This document shows, in pieces, positions 26,109-38,225 of a stretch of DNA of 64,000 bases. Numbering within the stretch: position 1 is the first letter of the stretch; each line of letters opens with the position of its first letter. Below the pieces are notes generated by a model. The model saw only the letters and a program-made list of their open reading frames with translations. It did not search any database and had not been told where the DNA came from. This stretch comes from Diadema antillarum (lineage: Eukaryota): contig NW_027270938.1 in assembly GCF_040938485.1 (NCBI RefSeq), positions 1,674,001 through 1,738,000 on the forward strand. The letters are read 5' to 3'. Made by a program: the position numbers and the translations under genes.

Positions 26109-27278
26109 GGTTTTTCCGCCCAATTTCATCAGATTTGCACTCGATTTAACGATGCAGGCATTCAAGTTCGAGTGAATTTGAATGATCACTGAGATCGACA
26201 TTCAAAAATGTACCTAGCTCATTCAATTTAATTTCATCAGCATGCGATTTCATGAGTTTCTCACACAAGGGTGTAATAAAGGCATTCAAATTAAAAATGC
26301 AAGCGCAACGCATTCGAATTCGCATCAGCATCGCCGTGGAGAGCGTTAAGGATTTCAAATTCATTACAATGCAAACAATTGCAGAGTTTGTGAAGTCTTC
26401 TCCGCTGTTGCTTTTATTCTTTGTAGTTACGCAGCTGTTTGAATATGCAAATCTAATATACATTGAAATGTGATCTTTGACTCGTACTAGCTAATAACTC
26501 GTCATAACCCCACTTTCAGACACATGCATATACATTTTATTCATACGCGATTTTAGCCGCTGCTACATTACAGAGTATGCATGATCATATCGAATGCGGA
26601 CAGAATTAGTGTATGAAGCATAATCTTGACAACCAGCGAAACTGGAGATATAACCCTTTGGTGAAATAGGTCTATCTACAGCTGATCCGATTGGGGCAAC
26701 TTATGATATGAACACGAGGAAGTAAGGAATGAAATGAAAATAGATCAATATGGATTTGGACGTACAGGACTCCTAAGATATTCAGGGATATGACTATTTC
26801 CTAAATGTTACATCCATACTGTAAGGGGTGAATTGAAAATGAAAGAAAGGTCTGTAGCAAAGAAATACATACAAGACAATTAAGATGATTAAATGAGACT
26901 TTGAAATGAAAATGAAATTTCATCATCCAGTAAATGCTAGTAAAAAAAAAGGCCCGTAAAAATGTTGCATGTTGATTTAATTCGAACGTTAAAAGTGCGA
27001 AGTTGTGTTCCTATAAATGAAATTGAAACTGGTATTTTGTGAAAATTTGAACGTCTATCCAGGTGGCGCGAAATCGAATGCTAAATTTGTGCCTTTAAAT
27101 TGAGTGAATTTCTCTCTAAATTGAATGAATAAAATCTAAAAGGAATGACATGAAATGAAACTGAATACTCAAAGAATTACAATGCACCGTGAGAGTAGAG
27201 CAGAGACAAAAATCCCTTGGATTTGAACGCCTTGTCATTAATTCGAATGCAAATCTGCAGAAATTGGGCATGGAAACC
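26109..27278. mobile_element. TA-flanked TIR element, unclassified (1170 bp)
   Basis: TA at 26107-26108 and 27279-27280. ~55-bp imperfect TIRs (ggtttttccgcccaatttcatcagatttgcactcg vs ggtttccatgcccaatttctgcagatttgcattcg). Absent from the paralogous flanks. Confidence 0.75.
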
Positions 27279-29573
27279 TAGCAATTGAAGGCAGTAGGAC
27301 ATTCCGTAATTTATTTTCTTTGGGGAAAGAAAATTTGATTCTCTTTTTTGTGCAATAAAAGCACATCGTTGATGCACTGTAGTTTGGATGTAATATACTA
27401 ACAGTATTCTGTCGTTTGCAAACTATGCATTTCGGGCTCCACTACTGTTTTTAAAGATAGCTACTGCTAGTCTGATTATCATAGATAAAACAGATAAAAT
27501 CCACACGTGCATTATGTACGAAAATGATATTTCATGATATGCTTTCAAAGCAGTTTTCTGTTTGGATAATATCACAGAAATAACAGATACATAATTTCAA
27601 GTGAGTGAGTGTGCTTGTGTATAAGTGTGTTTGTGTGAAAAAGATAAATCTTCGCAACGTTATTCTCGTATAATTAGACCCAATACAACATTCATACAAA
27701 CACGGGAGAATTGGATCCTTGTGCTTGACTTGCCAGTAACTGTAATGTGCCTTCAAAACTGGAGAGAGTACATAATACGATGCAATATATTTATAGACAA
27801 TCAGAATTCCAACTATCAGACCGCCAATGCAAAGTAGTATTGTTTGATTTTACTAGGGATAATTATTTTATGTTAAAAAAACAAGGGGTCCCTCAGGTTC
27901 GTAGGTTGTTGAATCTTTATGATTGCTAATGTTAACCCCCTCCACTGGGAGATGTGATAGAGAAGTCTGACATGAGTAAAAATGCGTGATATTCTGACGA
28001 TACACAGATTAAAGTTTCACTACCAGAAAGAATGAATTCTACTGTGGTCATGGCTCAGATTGAATCATGCTTAAGTCTGGCCCAAGATATGTCATTGTAA
28101 AACAGGCTCAATTTGAATCTATACACGTGAGATCTTGCAAAATCTGTAACATTTTTGTTTGTCAATGTTTGTGATGGTTTGATGACACGTGACGTTGGTT
28201 CGATCGTCCAAGATGGTCTTAGAAGCATACATTCATAACTTGTAAATCGGTAGCCCTAATTGGTGTACACAGAACTTCGAATTTTTCGAAACTTTCTGCA
28301 TTGAACAATCACATAGAAAGCGGTACATGCATTTATTTGTAATCACTTAGACAATAACAATGATTTTCTCATTGGAGTAATGGAATCTTAGCCCGAAAGG
28401 TTATTGGATATTTTATACAAAATTCAGCCGCATGATTTGTAACATGCAAAAGGAATTGAACACAAAATTTCTATCCGTCATTATAATAGTCTCCACTGGT
28501 TGCCGATTTGGGCTCCTATCAAGCTTGATATTGTATATGATTGGGAGCAGTGATTAAAAAGAAAAAGGTGTTTGAGTTATCACACGTGGTCCACATTATA
28601 TATAGTTGAGTTGTATCACAAGACATACTACATATATGAGAAAAAATGCAATAAATATAAGGAGATATTACTAAATTTCTCGATAAACCATAACTGAAGA
28701 CGGTTTATTCCAGAAATGATTTTGATAAAACCATACATTTTATATGTTTAACCATGTTAACATTCATTATACTGATAAACATTGTAACATTCATTTTCTT
28801 CCTATCCCTAACTCACACTCTGGAACTATTTTGAAGCACGATAGCTGGTAAATAGTGGCTGTAAGGTTCTTAGTAGAAATATACGCGCTTTCAAATCTTG
28901 GAAATGCCCCTGCCTTTCTCAGGGAAGTCATTAAGCCATAAAATCCTGGTCATAATATAAGTTCAAATTTAAGAACCTGCATTCTGAAATAATTGTAATT
29001 CTAGAACATGTGGTTTTGATTTGTCAAAATGACACTATTATTAGCACCAGCAATCAGCACCAGCGACATAACACATATTGATACAGATTGTGATAAATTA
29101 TGTGCTTAAAAAATTTAATCGTTTGATAATTGGTGATTGAAGTTGGTGATTGAAATTTTTGTGTTTCCTTTGTTTTGTACATGCGGATAGCGACTATGTT
29201 ATGGATTTTATGGTATCTATGTATTTATGTTAAGGTATCTTCCATTTATGACAATGAAAGAATAACGATTTTTCTGACGAGGGGCGACGATCTGTTTTTC
29301 ACTATGGGGAGAGGAGCGGACAAAGCTCTAGCTCTAATACGTTACGTTCGAGAGATCGCAGCGGGCAGGGTGTAGGATGGGGTATTTCTTCCATTCACAC
29401 GAAGGAGAGTTCCATTTTCAAACCTTGAATTCAGCAATCTCATGCACACTTTTGGTGAAGTTTTCGATCTTTTTTTTTGATAATGAAGAAAAAAATACAT
29501 TGAAATGTGAATAAGTACTTAAACAACTCGGTATCTCGGGGTCCTTTGAAACTTGACCCTACTTGACCGATGG

Positions 29574-29654
29574 GTCGCATGGCCTATTTTCTATATGAAA
29601 TCAGTCATTTCGTAGCCGAAATGACTGATTTCGTAACGAAATAGGCCATGCGAC
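29574..29654. repeat. 81-bp near-perfect hairpin
   Basis: gtcgcatggcctattt..gaaatcagtcatttcg-tagc-cgaaatgactgatttc..aaataggccatgcgac. Confidence 0.9.
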
Positions 29655-30194
29655 ATTGTTTAAACCATGCGGACAAAGATTGTACTACCTTCGTGAATTC
29701 GGGCCAGTGAGTCTGCCATGATGTAATTATACAGAAAATTAACGTAAAATATGTAAAAAAAGTAAAATATTTATGAGCTATGACATGCCACACCTAATAA
29801 ATTGCAAAGGTACTCAGTATTTTTATAGCCAAATACATCAGAATACTGGGCACGTTCCAACATTAGAAAAGCAAAACGTAGTGTTGAGAATTGTGTTGAA
29901 AAGGTTTAAGTAAACCTTTTGTCAAATCTGTCGTTATTGACGTACGTTGCATTAAGTTATCGATGAACAACATTTTTTTTAAGTCGACTAAATCACAGAA
30001 AACAGATGTGTTATAATAGATAGATTATGTATTATCTGACACTCATGAAGTAATCACAATTTACATCGCAGCACCTTTTTTCTGCTGTCGATGTGTTTAT
30101 GACAAACCGTATAAGACTATTTGCCATTAGACCACAGCAAACACCTTAGCTCCCTGTATACCGTCCATTGTTACATAGTCGATCTTCCTCGAGA

Positions 30195-31598
30195 TTAATT
30201 GTCTTTACAAAACATCTTCCTAATTGTTCGCCTTAATAGCGGTTGGGCTAGAGTGTATGCAAGGGGATTCAGTGTGCTGTTGCAGTAGGATAGCCATCTT
30301 CCGGACTCCCGGATTTGCACCGCAGAAGGAAGGCTGGTGGACCATTCCGGCGCTGCGGTGCGGAGTATGATATTCAGAGTATTCAGGAACCATGTCAAGT
30401 AGAAAGTGACGACTAAAAAAGCCAAAGTTCGTAAGGCCTTGCTACCGTCTGAGATCCTCTTCTCGCCCTGACTTTTCGCCGTGGTGATTCCCTCTAGAAA
30501 AGGACCTGGCCGGGGCTTAGGTGATGTTACAGAGCTGCGTCCACTGCTGTTCAAGGAGATTGGGACCCGGTAGCTGTGGCTTTCATCGGCAAAACTGAGA
30601 GCACTACATCTATTCTTGGGGACAGTGCAAAAAGATGTATGTGCGCCAACGGGCGGCGAGCCCAGCACTGAACCAGATTTTTCGTCCGAATTCGGCCTAT
30701 CTCGCTCTGAAGTGCCACAAACGTCTGCATCAGTGGGGGCAACCTTCTCTTTTTGTCGTCGTGCAATGATTTCTTGACCATATATGGAAGGAATGTTCTG
30801 TTTCACTTCATTTGTTCCCACTTTTGTGGAAATCTTGTCCTCAGTCACCCTAGGAAGGGAAAGTTGATGGGTGCTTGTTTTTTCCTTCTTTCCGGCTTTG
30901 GTCGCAAAAGACATATGATCAACAGTTTTTACTGATCTACTACGGCTGGCAGATTTCGCCCGGTAGAAGATTCGAACAGAGAGCAATAAAATCACGGCAA
31001 ATGGAATAACAGCCCGCAGGAATACGATGACTACCATTGATGCAACATGCTCAGCATAGTTTGGATGACAAACCTCCGAAGGCACCACACGCGTGTTGGG
31101 ACTAATAAGGTCCCAAATTGTGCTCAAACTCATCCAAATAGATAAAGGAATCAACCAGGTCAATACGTTGACAACTGTGGCCACTTTCTTGCTTTTCCTC
31201 CGGTAATGAGTGAGTGGGTATGTGGTTGCGAGGTAACGATCAAAACAAATGATCACGGTCCCGAAAACTGAGACTCCGGGGAGAACTTGATTGATGCCCG
31301 TAAAAATGTAGCAGAAAGTTTGTCCAAGAATCCAGGTGCGATCAAACGCGAACATAAGCCCACGAATGGGCATGCAAATTAAGCCAACCAACAGATCTGC
31401 AATCGTTATGTTAATGATGTAGTAATTGCTATACGTCCGTAGTTTCTTTTCACAGTAGAATGCAAGTAGGATCCCCATGTTTACTAATACGGTGATCAGA
31501 GAAATGGAAAATAAGACACCTGCTTGCCAAGAAATCTCCAGCGTTGCCTTGGGAACTATTCCTCCAGGGGCCCTGACATCACTTGAACGGTTATTCAT
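30195..31598 (-). CDS. Class A GPCR A4, 467 aa
   Basis: Same 7TM motifs, with an intact ECL2 Cys (EVCHPNY). Predicted 5'-UTR intron 31609-32272. Confidence 0.95.
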   Translation of the reverse strand: MNNRSSDVRAPGGIVPKATLEISWQAGVLFSISLITVLVNMGILLAFYCEKKLRTYSNYYIINITIADLLVGLICMPIRGLMFAFDRTWILGQTFCYIFTGINQVLPGVSVFGTVIICFDRYLATTYPLTHYRRKSKKVATVVNVLTWLIPLSIWMSLSTIWDLISPNTRVVPSEVCHPNYAEHVASMVVIVFLRAVIPFAVILLLSVRIFYRAKSASRSRSVKTVDHMSFATKAGKKEKTSTHQLSLPRVTEDKISTKVGTNEVKQNIPSIYGQEIIARRQKEKVAPTDADVCGTSERDRPNSDEKSGSVLGSPPVGAHTSFCTVPKNRCSALSFADESHSYRVPISLNSSGRSSVTSPKPRPGPFLEGITTAKSQGEKRISDGSKALRTLAFLVVTFYLTWFLNTLNIILRTAAPEWSTSLPSAVQIRESGRWLSYCNSTLNPLAYTLAQPLLRRTIRKMFCKDN

Positions 31599-32497
31599 GG
31601 CGTCCGCCCTGTATGAGATGTACGAATAATTGATTGCACTCAGCTTTATGAATATTTCAGTGGAATTCTTGTACGTTCATGTATTTCAGAATGAGAATTG
31701 TGGCTCTTTAGGAACAGAGTACAAGCGAAAATTGGAAGCGGTACATGTTCTAGTTGTTAGAAGAAATATTGATTGTCATCATTAGCATGTTTCCAGGGTT
31801 TTTTCCAGTGGAGCTTTTTAGTAATCAATGGTATGTGCGTTACACCAGTGTATATGAGTCACTAGTGAAATATCTAATCGAGAAAATTTTTAGGAAGGAA
31901 ACGAAATTAACTCAAGATTGTATCATGTCACGTTGTAAATCAAGTTATACAACCTCATATTGAGATGTCAAAAATATCAAAACGGAAATTTAACATTTGT
32001 AAAACACTATTGGAGTAGAAGTATGACTCTTGTAATTAAAGTGCGGAGAAGACGTCTATGCATCATTTCAAATAAATATCTGGGAAACCGATAATGGCCT
32101 TAAACATTACATGTTATTATTTAAGTTCAAATCACAGAAACATTATATCGGCCTACTTCATCTTCACATTACAGTAAAAGAATGAATCCTTTGATTTTGC
32201 AAATAAGAACTGAAATGAAATTGCTTGTTAGAACAATAGTCATTTCAACTCATTAAAATAAGTCAATCTTACCGAGTTTAGTAAACCTTAGAAGACCTTA
32301 GAAGAGCAAAAGCATGAAGCATAGCCAAAACCGGTGGAATTAAAGGTAGCAGGTGCTACTTAAGTCAAAGAAGGCACTGAAGCACTTTGATAGCCCGGGA
32401 TTTATGGAGAAATATATCCAACCTTCGGATATTTGCAGCAATAACCTTGATGACAGAACTCAAATAATTCTACTCGCACATCTTTCAGCACAATCCA

Positions 32498-32515
32498 TTT
32501 TATAATCCAACCAAT
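32498..32515 (-). promoter_or_regulatory. Candidate core promoter of A4: TATAAAA plus CCAAT
   Basis: ttttataatccaaccaat, positionally equivalent to A2 18481-18498. Confidence 0.5.
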
Positions 32516-33035
32516 AATAAGGCGAGAAATCGTAAGTTGAATTCAGTTGTTGTTTTTTCTGTATGTTGTAGTCCCGAAATTCATTTGGTATAAAGCGCAG
32601 CCCTTGATGAATAATCATAAACTGCAACACACTACGATTAATATATATGATCCTTCCCACCAATCACCATCGTTTACTCTTCCCATATCACTGTTGTTAG
32701 TATTTCTATCCAAAAGGGGGTCTCTATGCGTGCTTTTAGGAACATTGACAATGATATTCATTGATGTTGTCGTTTCTCACACTATTCGCGGAAAAAAAAG
32801 AAAAAAATATCGATCACCCTTATCTTGTTGTTGTTTTTTACCTTCGCTGTCAATCTCCTTTCAAGGCCTTACAATTTTTTTTCAACCCTCTCTTGCTATA
32901 CTGCGTGATGTTGTGATACTTTTATTCGCATGGACTCCGGTAAATTCTGTGTGACTTTTCGCTATTGATGGTATTTGATGAAATGGAAGAAAAACATAAT
33001 AGTAATTGAAGGCAGTAGCATATGATAGGATCTTG

Positions 33036-33069
<34 letters not shown>

Positions 33070-33126
33070 TACATATATTATGTATTATATATTTTTTACA
33101 TATGCATATATATATATATATATATA

Positions 33127-34689
33127 CCGTGTCCCAGAAAAAACGAAACCGAGTTTCATTGCAATTCTTTGCGATCATAATCACACATTTGCTGTATGAG
33201 ATATACATGGATTGAAAGATACACTTCTCTTCTTTCATTTGATGTACAACTCATTGTTCAAAATTCGTGCCTGACTGAGTTAGAACAATAGACAGTAGTG
33301 CTACTAAATTTTCATTTGCACGAGCAAATGGCTACTTTAAATGAGTTTTTCAGACTTTTTCAGCAATCTTTTGCAAAAAATAAAATCAAAGCCTTAATAT
33401 CCATTCTTTTTTCTTTTTTCTTTTTTTCATATGATATCCCATGCGTAAAATATGATCAACCCCTGCTCGAGAAAACTTAACTTGAAAATATGCTTCCATT
33501 TTACCCAGATAGATAAATAGTAAATATAGAGTCAGTTAGCTTTCCCCGACATTCCCAACTTGGCAGATAACAATGGCCTTCATGCTTCAATGAATTTACA
33601 CATAGGGCCTACATGAAGGGAAGGGGTGAAAGGGATTGTTACTTCGGTTGTGAATAGGGTCGTAAATTAGAACATGATCATGGGCTTGCCTGACCATGCA
33701 GCTAACTACAGAGCTCAGGATGTTCATCAGCGGAATGTTTGGGAAGGTGGGGTGGGAGTAACGGACCGAAAAAAACCTTCCGAGCCCCCCACCCCCCCCC
33801 CCCCAAAAAAAAACCCGACTTTCTGCCCTGCACTTGCGCCTTTTAGAAGCGCAAGTTCAATGATGAATAATGGGATGTACCCTCTCTTATTGCTTCACCT
33901 TCCCCTTCAAAACTTCAAATCCCTGTCAGTGATGAAAGACTAACCACGAGTGAGGGAAATGTAGAGAGGAATGAAAACAGTGAAATAAGTTTGAGGTACA
34001 AAATCATCAAAATGTGTATCATTGTTGTAATGTTGATTCCCCATAGCCATTGGACTACGTGCAGCTGAGAATACTCACGATATTAGTCTTCAATTATTGG
34101 TTATGTCTCATAGCTTATTCTAAATAAATGACAACAAAGGGCTTTCCGTCTCATACAGCATTCTCTGTAAATATCTCCTCCTCCCCCCCCCCCCCCCGAA
34201 CAACATTCATTGTAGCACTGCGGTTGTTTTGTGTGAATCCAATGGTGCAGATGAGCCCATTGTCTAATTGCTAAGTCGGGAGAGCTGAATGCTTGTTTTT
34301 CGACTATACGTAGAATCGGTAGAAATTAAGCATGTTTTCATGCTAATTTTTCTCAAGCATGCGTTATTCATATTTGCCGCGTGAGATCTCATATGAAAGA
34401 AGAAAATATGAATATTTGGGTTATGAACTTTATTTTTTGGAAAACGTAACGTTAAAAGTCTGAAAAATTCACTTAAAGTCACTTTTTGCGCGTGCAAATG
34501 AAAATTTGGTAGCACCATTGTTCATTGTTCTAAGTCAGTCATGCATGAACGATGAACATTAAGTTGTACATCAAATGAAAGAAGAAAAGTTTATCTTGCC
34601 ATTGATGTATATCTCATAAAGAAAATGTATGATTTTGATAGTAAAAAGTTGCATGGAAACCCCGCTTCGTTTTTTTCTGGGACACGCTG
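33127..34689. mobile_element. Tc1/mariner-type long-TIR non-autonomous element (~1.56 kb)
   Basis: Ends ta-ccgtgtcccagaaaaaacgaa / ttcgttttttctgggacacgctg-ta. ~400-bp diverged inverted arms. Embedded in TA-rich microsatellites and absent from the paralogous flanks. Confidence 0.8.
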
Positions 34690-36599
34690 TATATCTATAT
34701 CTATATCTATATCTATATATATATATGTGTAGATAGATAGATAGATATAGATATATTTCTTTTTGGGAAAGGAAATTTGATTCTCTTGTTTGTGCAATAA
34801 AAGCACATCGTTGATGCACTGAAGTTTGGATGGAATATATTCTGTCGTTTGCAAACTATGCATTTCGGACTCCACTACTGTTTTAAAAAATAGGCAACTA
34901 CTATTCTGATTATCATAGTTCTCATACCACAAGCAAGCATGCGCCATACTGACAAATCCACACCTGCATCATGTATGAAAATGATATTTCATGATGTGCT
35001 TTCAAAGCAGTTTTCATTTTATACTTGTTTGGACAATATCACAGAAACAACTGGAGATACATAATTGTCAAGTGAGTGAGTGTGCGTGTGTATAAGTGTG
35101 TTTGTGTCAAAAAGATAAATCTTTGCGACGTGATTCTCGTATAATTAGACGAAATACAACATTTATATAAACTTGGGAGTGTTGGATCCTTTTGCTTGAC
35201 TTATCAATAACACTGTTATGTGTCTTCAAAACTGGAGAGAGTAGATGATATACGATGCAATACATCTATAGTACAACAAGAATCAGAACAATTGCAATTA
35301 TCAGACTGCCAGTGCAATGTAGTATTGTTTGATTTTACTAGGGATAATTCTTTTATGTGAAAGACAAGGGGTTCCTCTGGTTCGTCTGTCGTGGAACCTT
35401 TTTGCTTGATAATGTAAGCCCCTCCACTTGGAGATTTAATAGAGAAGTATGGCATAAGTAAAGTTGCATGATATGCCGACGATACACAGATTAACGTTTC
35501 AATACAAGAAAGTATAAATTCTACTGCACTTATTGCTCAGATTATATCATGCATAAGTCTGGTCTAAGATTGGTCATTGCAGAACAGCCTCGATTTGAAT
35601 CTTGAGAAAACTGAAGTTATACACATTAGATCTCGCAAAATCTGTAACATTTCGGTTTTGTCAATGTTTGTGATGGCCTGTTCTTTTCAATCCTATGGCA
35701 CGTGACCTCGGCTCGATCGTCCAAGATGGTCTTAGAAGCATACATTCATAAAGTGTGAATCGGTAGCCCTAAAATTTGTGGTACACATGACCTAAAATCT
35801 TCGAAACTTTCTGCATGGAACAACCACAGAGAAACCGGTACATGCATTTATTTTTAATCACTTAGACAATAACCATGGTTTGCTCATTGGAGTACTGGAA
35901 TCTCAGCTCGAAAGGTTCTTGGAAACGGATACAAAGTGCAACCGCAAGATTTGTAACATACAAAAGGAATTGAACACATAATTTCTATCCGTCAGGTATA
36001 GTCTCTACTGATTTCCGATAAGGGCTTCTATCAAGCTTAAAACTATTGTTTACCATTGGGAGTGATTGAAAAAAAAAGGGTGTGGGTTATCACACTTAGT
36101 CTTTATGCATATTACGTATAGTTCAGTTGTATCAGAGAACACACCACATATAAACAAAAATATCGCAATAAAGTCACAATATTAGTAGATATGACCCATT
36201 TTCTCAATAAACCATAACTGTAGACGGTATATTCCACAAACGATTTTGATGAAACTATTGTTAAGATTTTGTTTTTATATAACCATGTTAACATTTATTA
36301 CGTCGATTTACATTGGTTTTTTTCTATCCCTAACTCATACTCTAGAACTATTTCGAAGCACTATTCAAAGCTGTCTATTTTCTCATCTGCAAATGGTAAA
36401 TAGCGGCTGTAAGATTCTTTGTTGAAGAATAAAAAATGCTTTCAAATCATGGAAATACCCTTACTTTCTCAGCGAAGTCAATAAGCCATACAATCCTGGT
36501 CATAATCTACGTTTAAAATCTAAGAAATTTCTCTCTGAAATAATTGTGAATCCAAGACCTTGGTTACTGGGGTTTTGTCAAAATGACACCATCATTAGC

Positions 36600-38170
36600 A
36601 TCGACCGAGTAGGGGGAGGGTGTGGGATTGGTATTTCCTCCATCCACACGAGGGAGAGGGGTCATTTCCAGGCCTTGAATTCAGTAATCTGATGCGCACA
36701 TTTTATACATTAAAATCTGAATATCCAAGTACTTAAACAACTTGGTATCTCACTGTATACTAAATGTTAGGAGTTTATGGTGAGGGAGGGGGTTTCTGCA
36801 TTTTCGTAATTGAAATAAAGCTATCTAATGCACACTTTTTATGGAATATTTGATAGAAAGATTGTCAATCCCAAAAGTACCGTGTTAGAGAAATGAAAGG
36901 AACCTAAAGGTGGAGAGAGATTTTACATATTCCGCATTGAATTTAAACGATCTATTGGACAATTTAATTGGAATATCTGGGCAATTTTCTATCAAAAAGC
37001 AAGAAAATTTTCCGCATGTGGGAATCATTAGGGGCAAAATGATATGCTCATCCCTCTTTTGCATATTTAGCATTGAAATTCAACGATCAACGAGAGCTTC
37101 TGCATTTTTAGAATTCAAGTAAAGATATCCCGTAAGCATAGTTTGATGTAATTGGGAAACTGTCATTCCCCCATAGTGTTTATATGGAGCGGGACCGAGG
37201 AAGGGGAGGTTAGGAGGGGGATTGATAGTGGGACCTTTTGCATTTTTAGAATTCAAATTCAACAATCTGACGCATGCTTTCGGTGTGGGATAGCTGAAAA
37301 CCGGCCTGGGAGGAGGTATCCCCGTCCCTTACGAGGAAGCTTTTGTATTTTTTTTTTTGATTCAGTGCAACAATCTGTTGCACACTCTTGGTGGCACATC
37401 TGGAAAATTGTAAATCCCTCTAAGGTTAGCCGTGGTAAATGAATGTATGGGGGGAGGCTACCAGGGCAGGAAGAAGGAGTGTACATGGAAGGGGGTATCT
37501 CCAATCCCTCCCCCTCCCCCTCCCCCCCCCCCCCAAAAAAAAAGAGAATTTTGGAATTGAAATGAAGTTATGTCTTTTCATGGAATATTTTGAAAATTGA
37601 AAAATTAAAAAAAAAAACTACAAAATCTAGTCGCATTTGGTTGGGAACCGAGTGGGAAGGGTAAATTGAAAGGGGGTGACCCTCTGATATGAGCGAATCT
37701 TTTAAATGAAAGGAACCCAGCAGGAGAGAGAGATTGTAGATTTTCAGAATTGAAGGACGACATTCTATTGCACAATTTACGTGCAATGTGGACAATTTTC
37801 TATTTAAAAAAATTTCCCCGTATGTCGGGAATTGTTTGGGCCAAAATGATACGTTTGCCCCATCCCCCCCCCCACTCCATTATTTTCATGCAGGGAGGGG
37901 GTGCTCTCATCGTCCTACAGGGTTGATCCCTTCTGCATATAAGAGGGAGCTGATGCATTTGTAGAATTTGAATAGAAAATAGCTCGTAAGTTTTGATGTA
38001 ATTTGGGAAATTGTCAATCCCCAAAGTGCACGAAATCTATGGAAGGAACCGAGGGGAAAAAGGGTTGATTGAAAGAAGACACGAGGAAACTTTTGCACTT
38101 TATTAATAGATTTTTATACTTCTGTTGGACTACGGTGTGGGACAATGAATTGTACGAAATCTTAATTTCA
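36600..38170. repeat. Patchwork of short G-run-rich subrepeats in the B-unit 3' flanks (also ~41450-43270 and ~47280-48130)
   Basis: Recurrent modules such as gcatttttagaattcaaat, ttttgatgtaatttgggaaattgtcaatccc and ggaaattgtaaatccctctaaggttag. Probably decayed MITE families. Confidence 0.6.
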
Positions 38171-38225
38171 TTCAGTTATCATTTTCATATCGATGCTGAC
38201 TTAGTAATCGGGTTGTTTAATTAGT

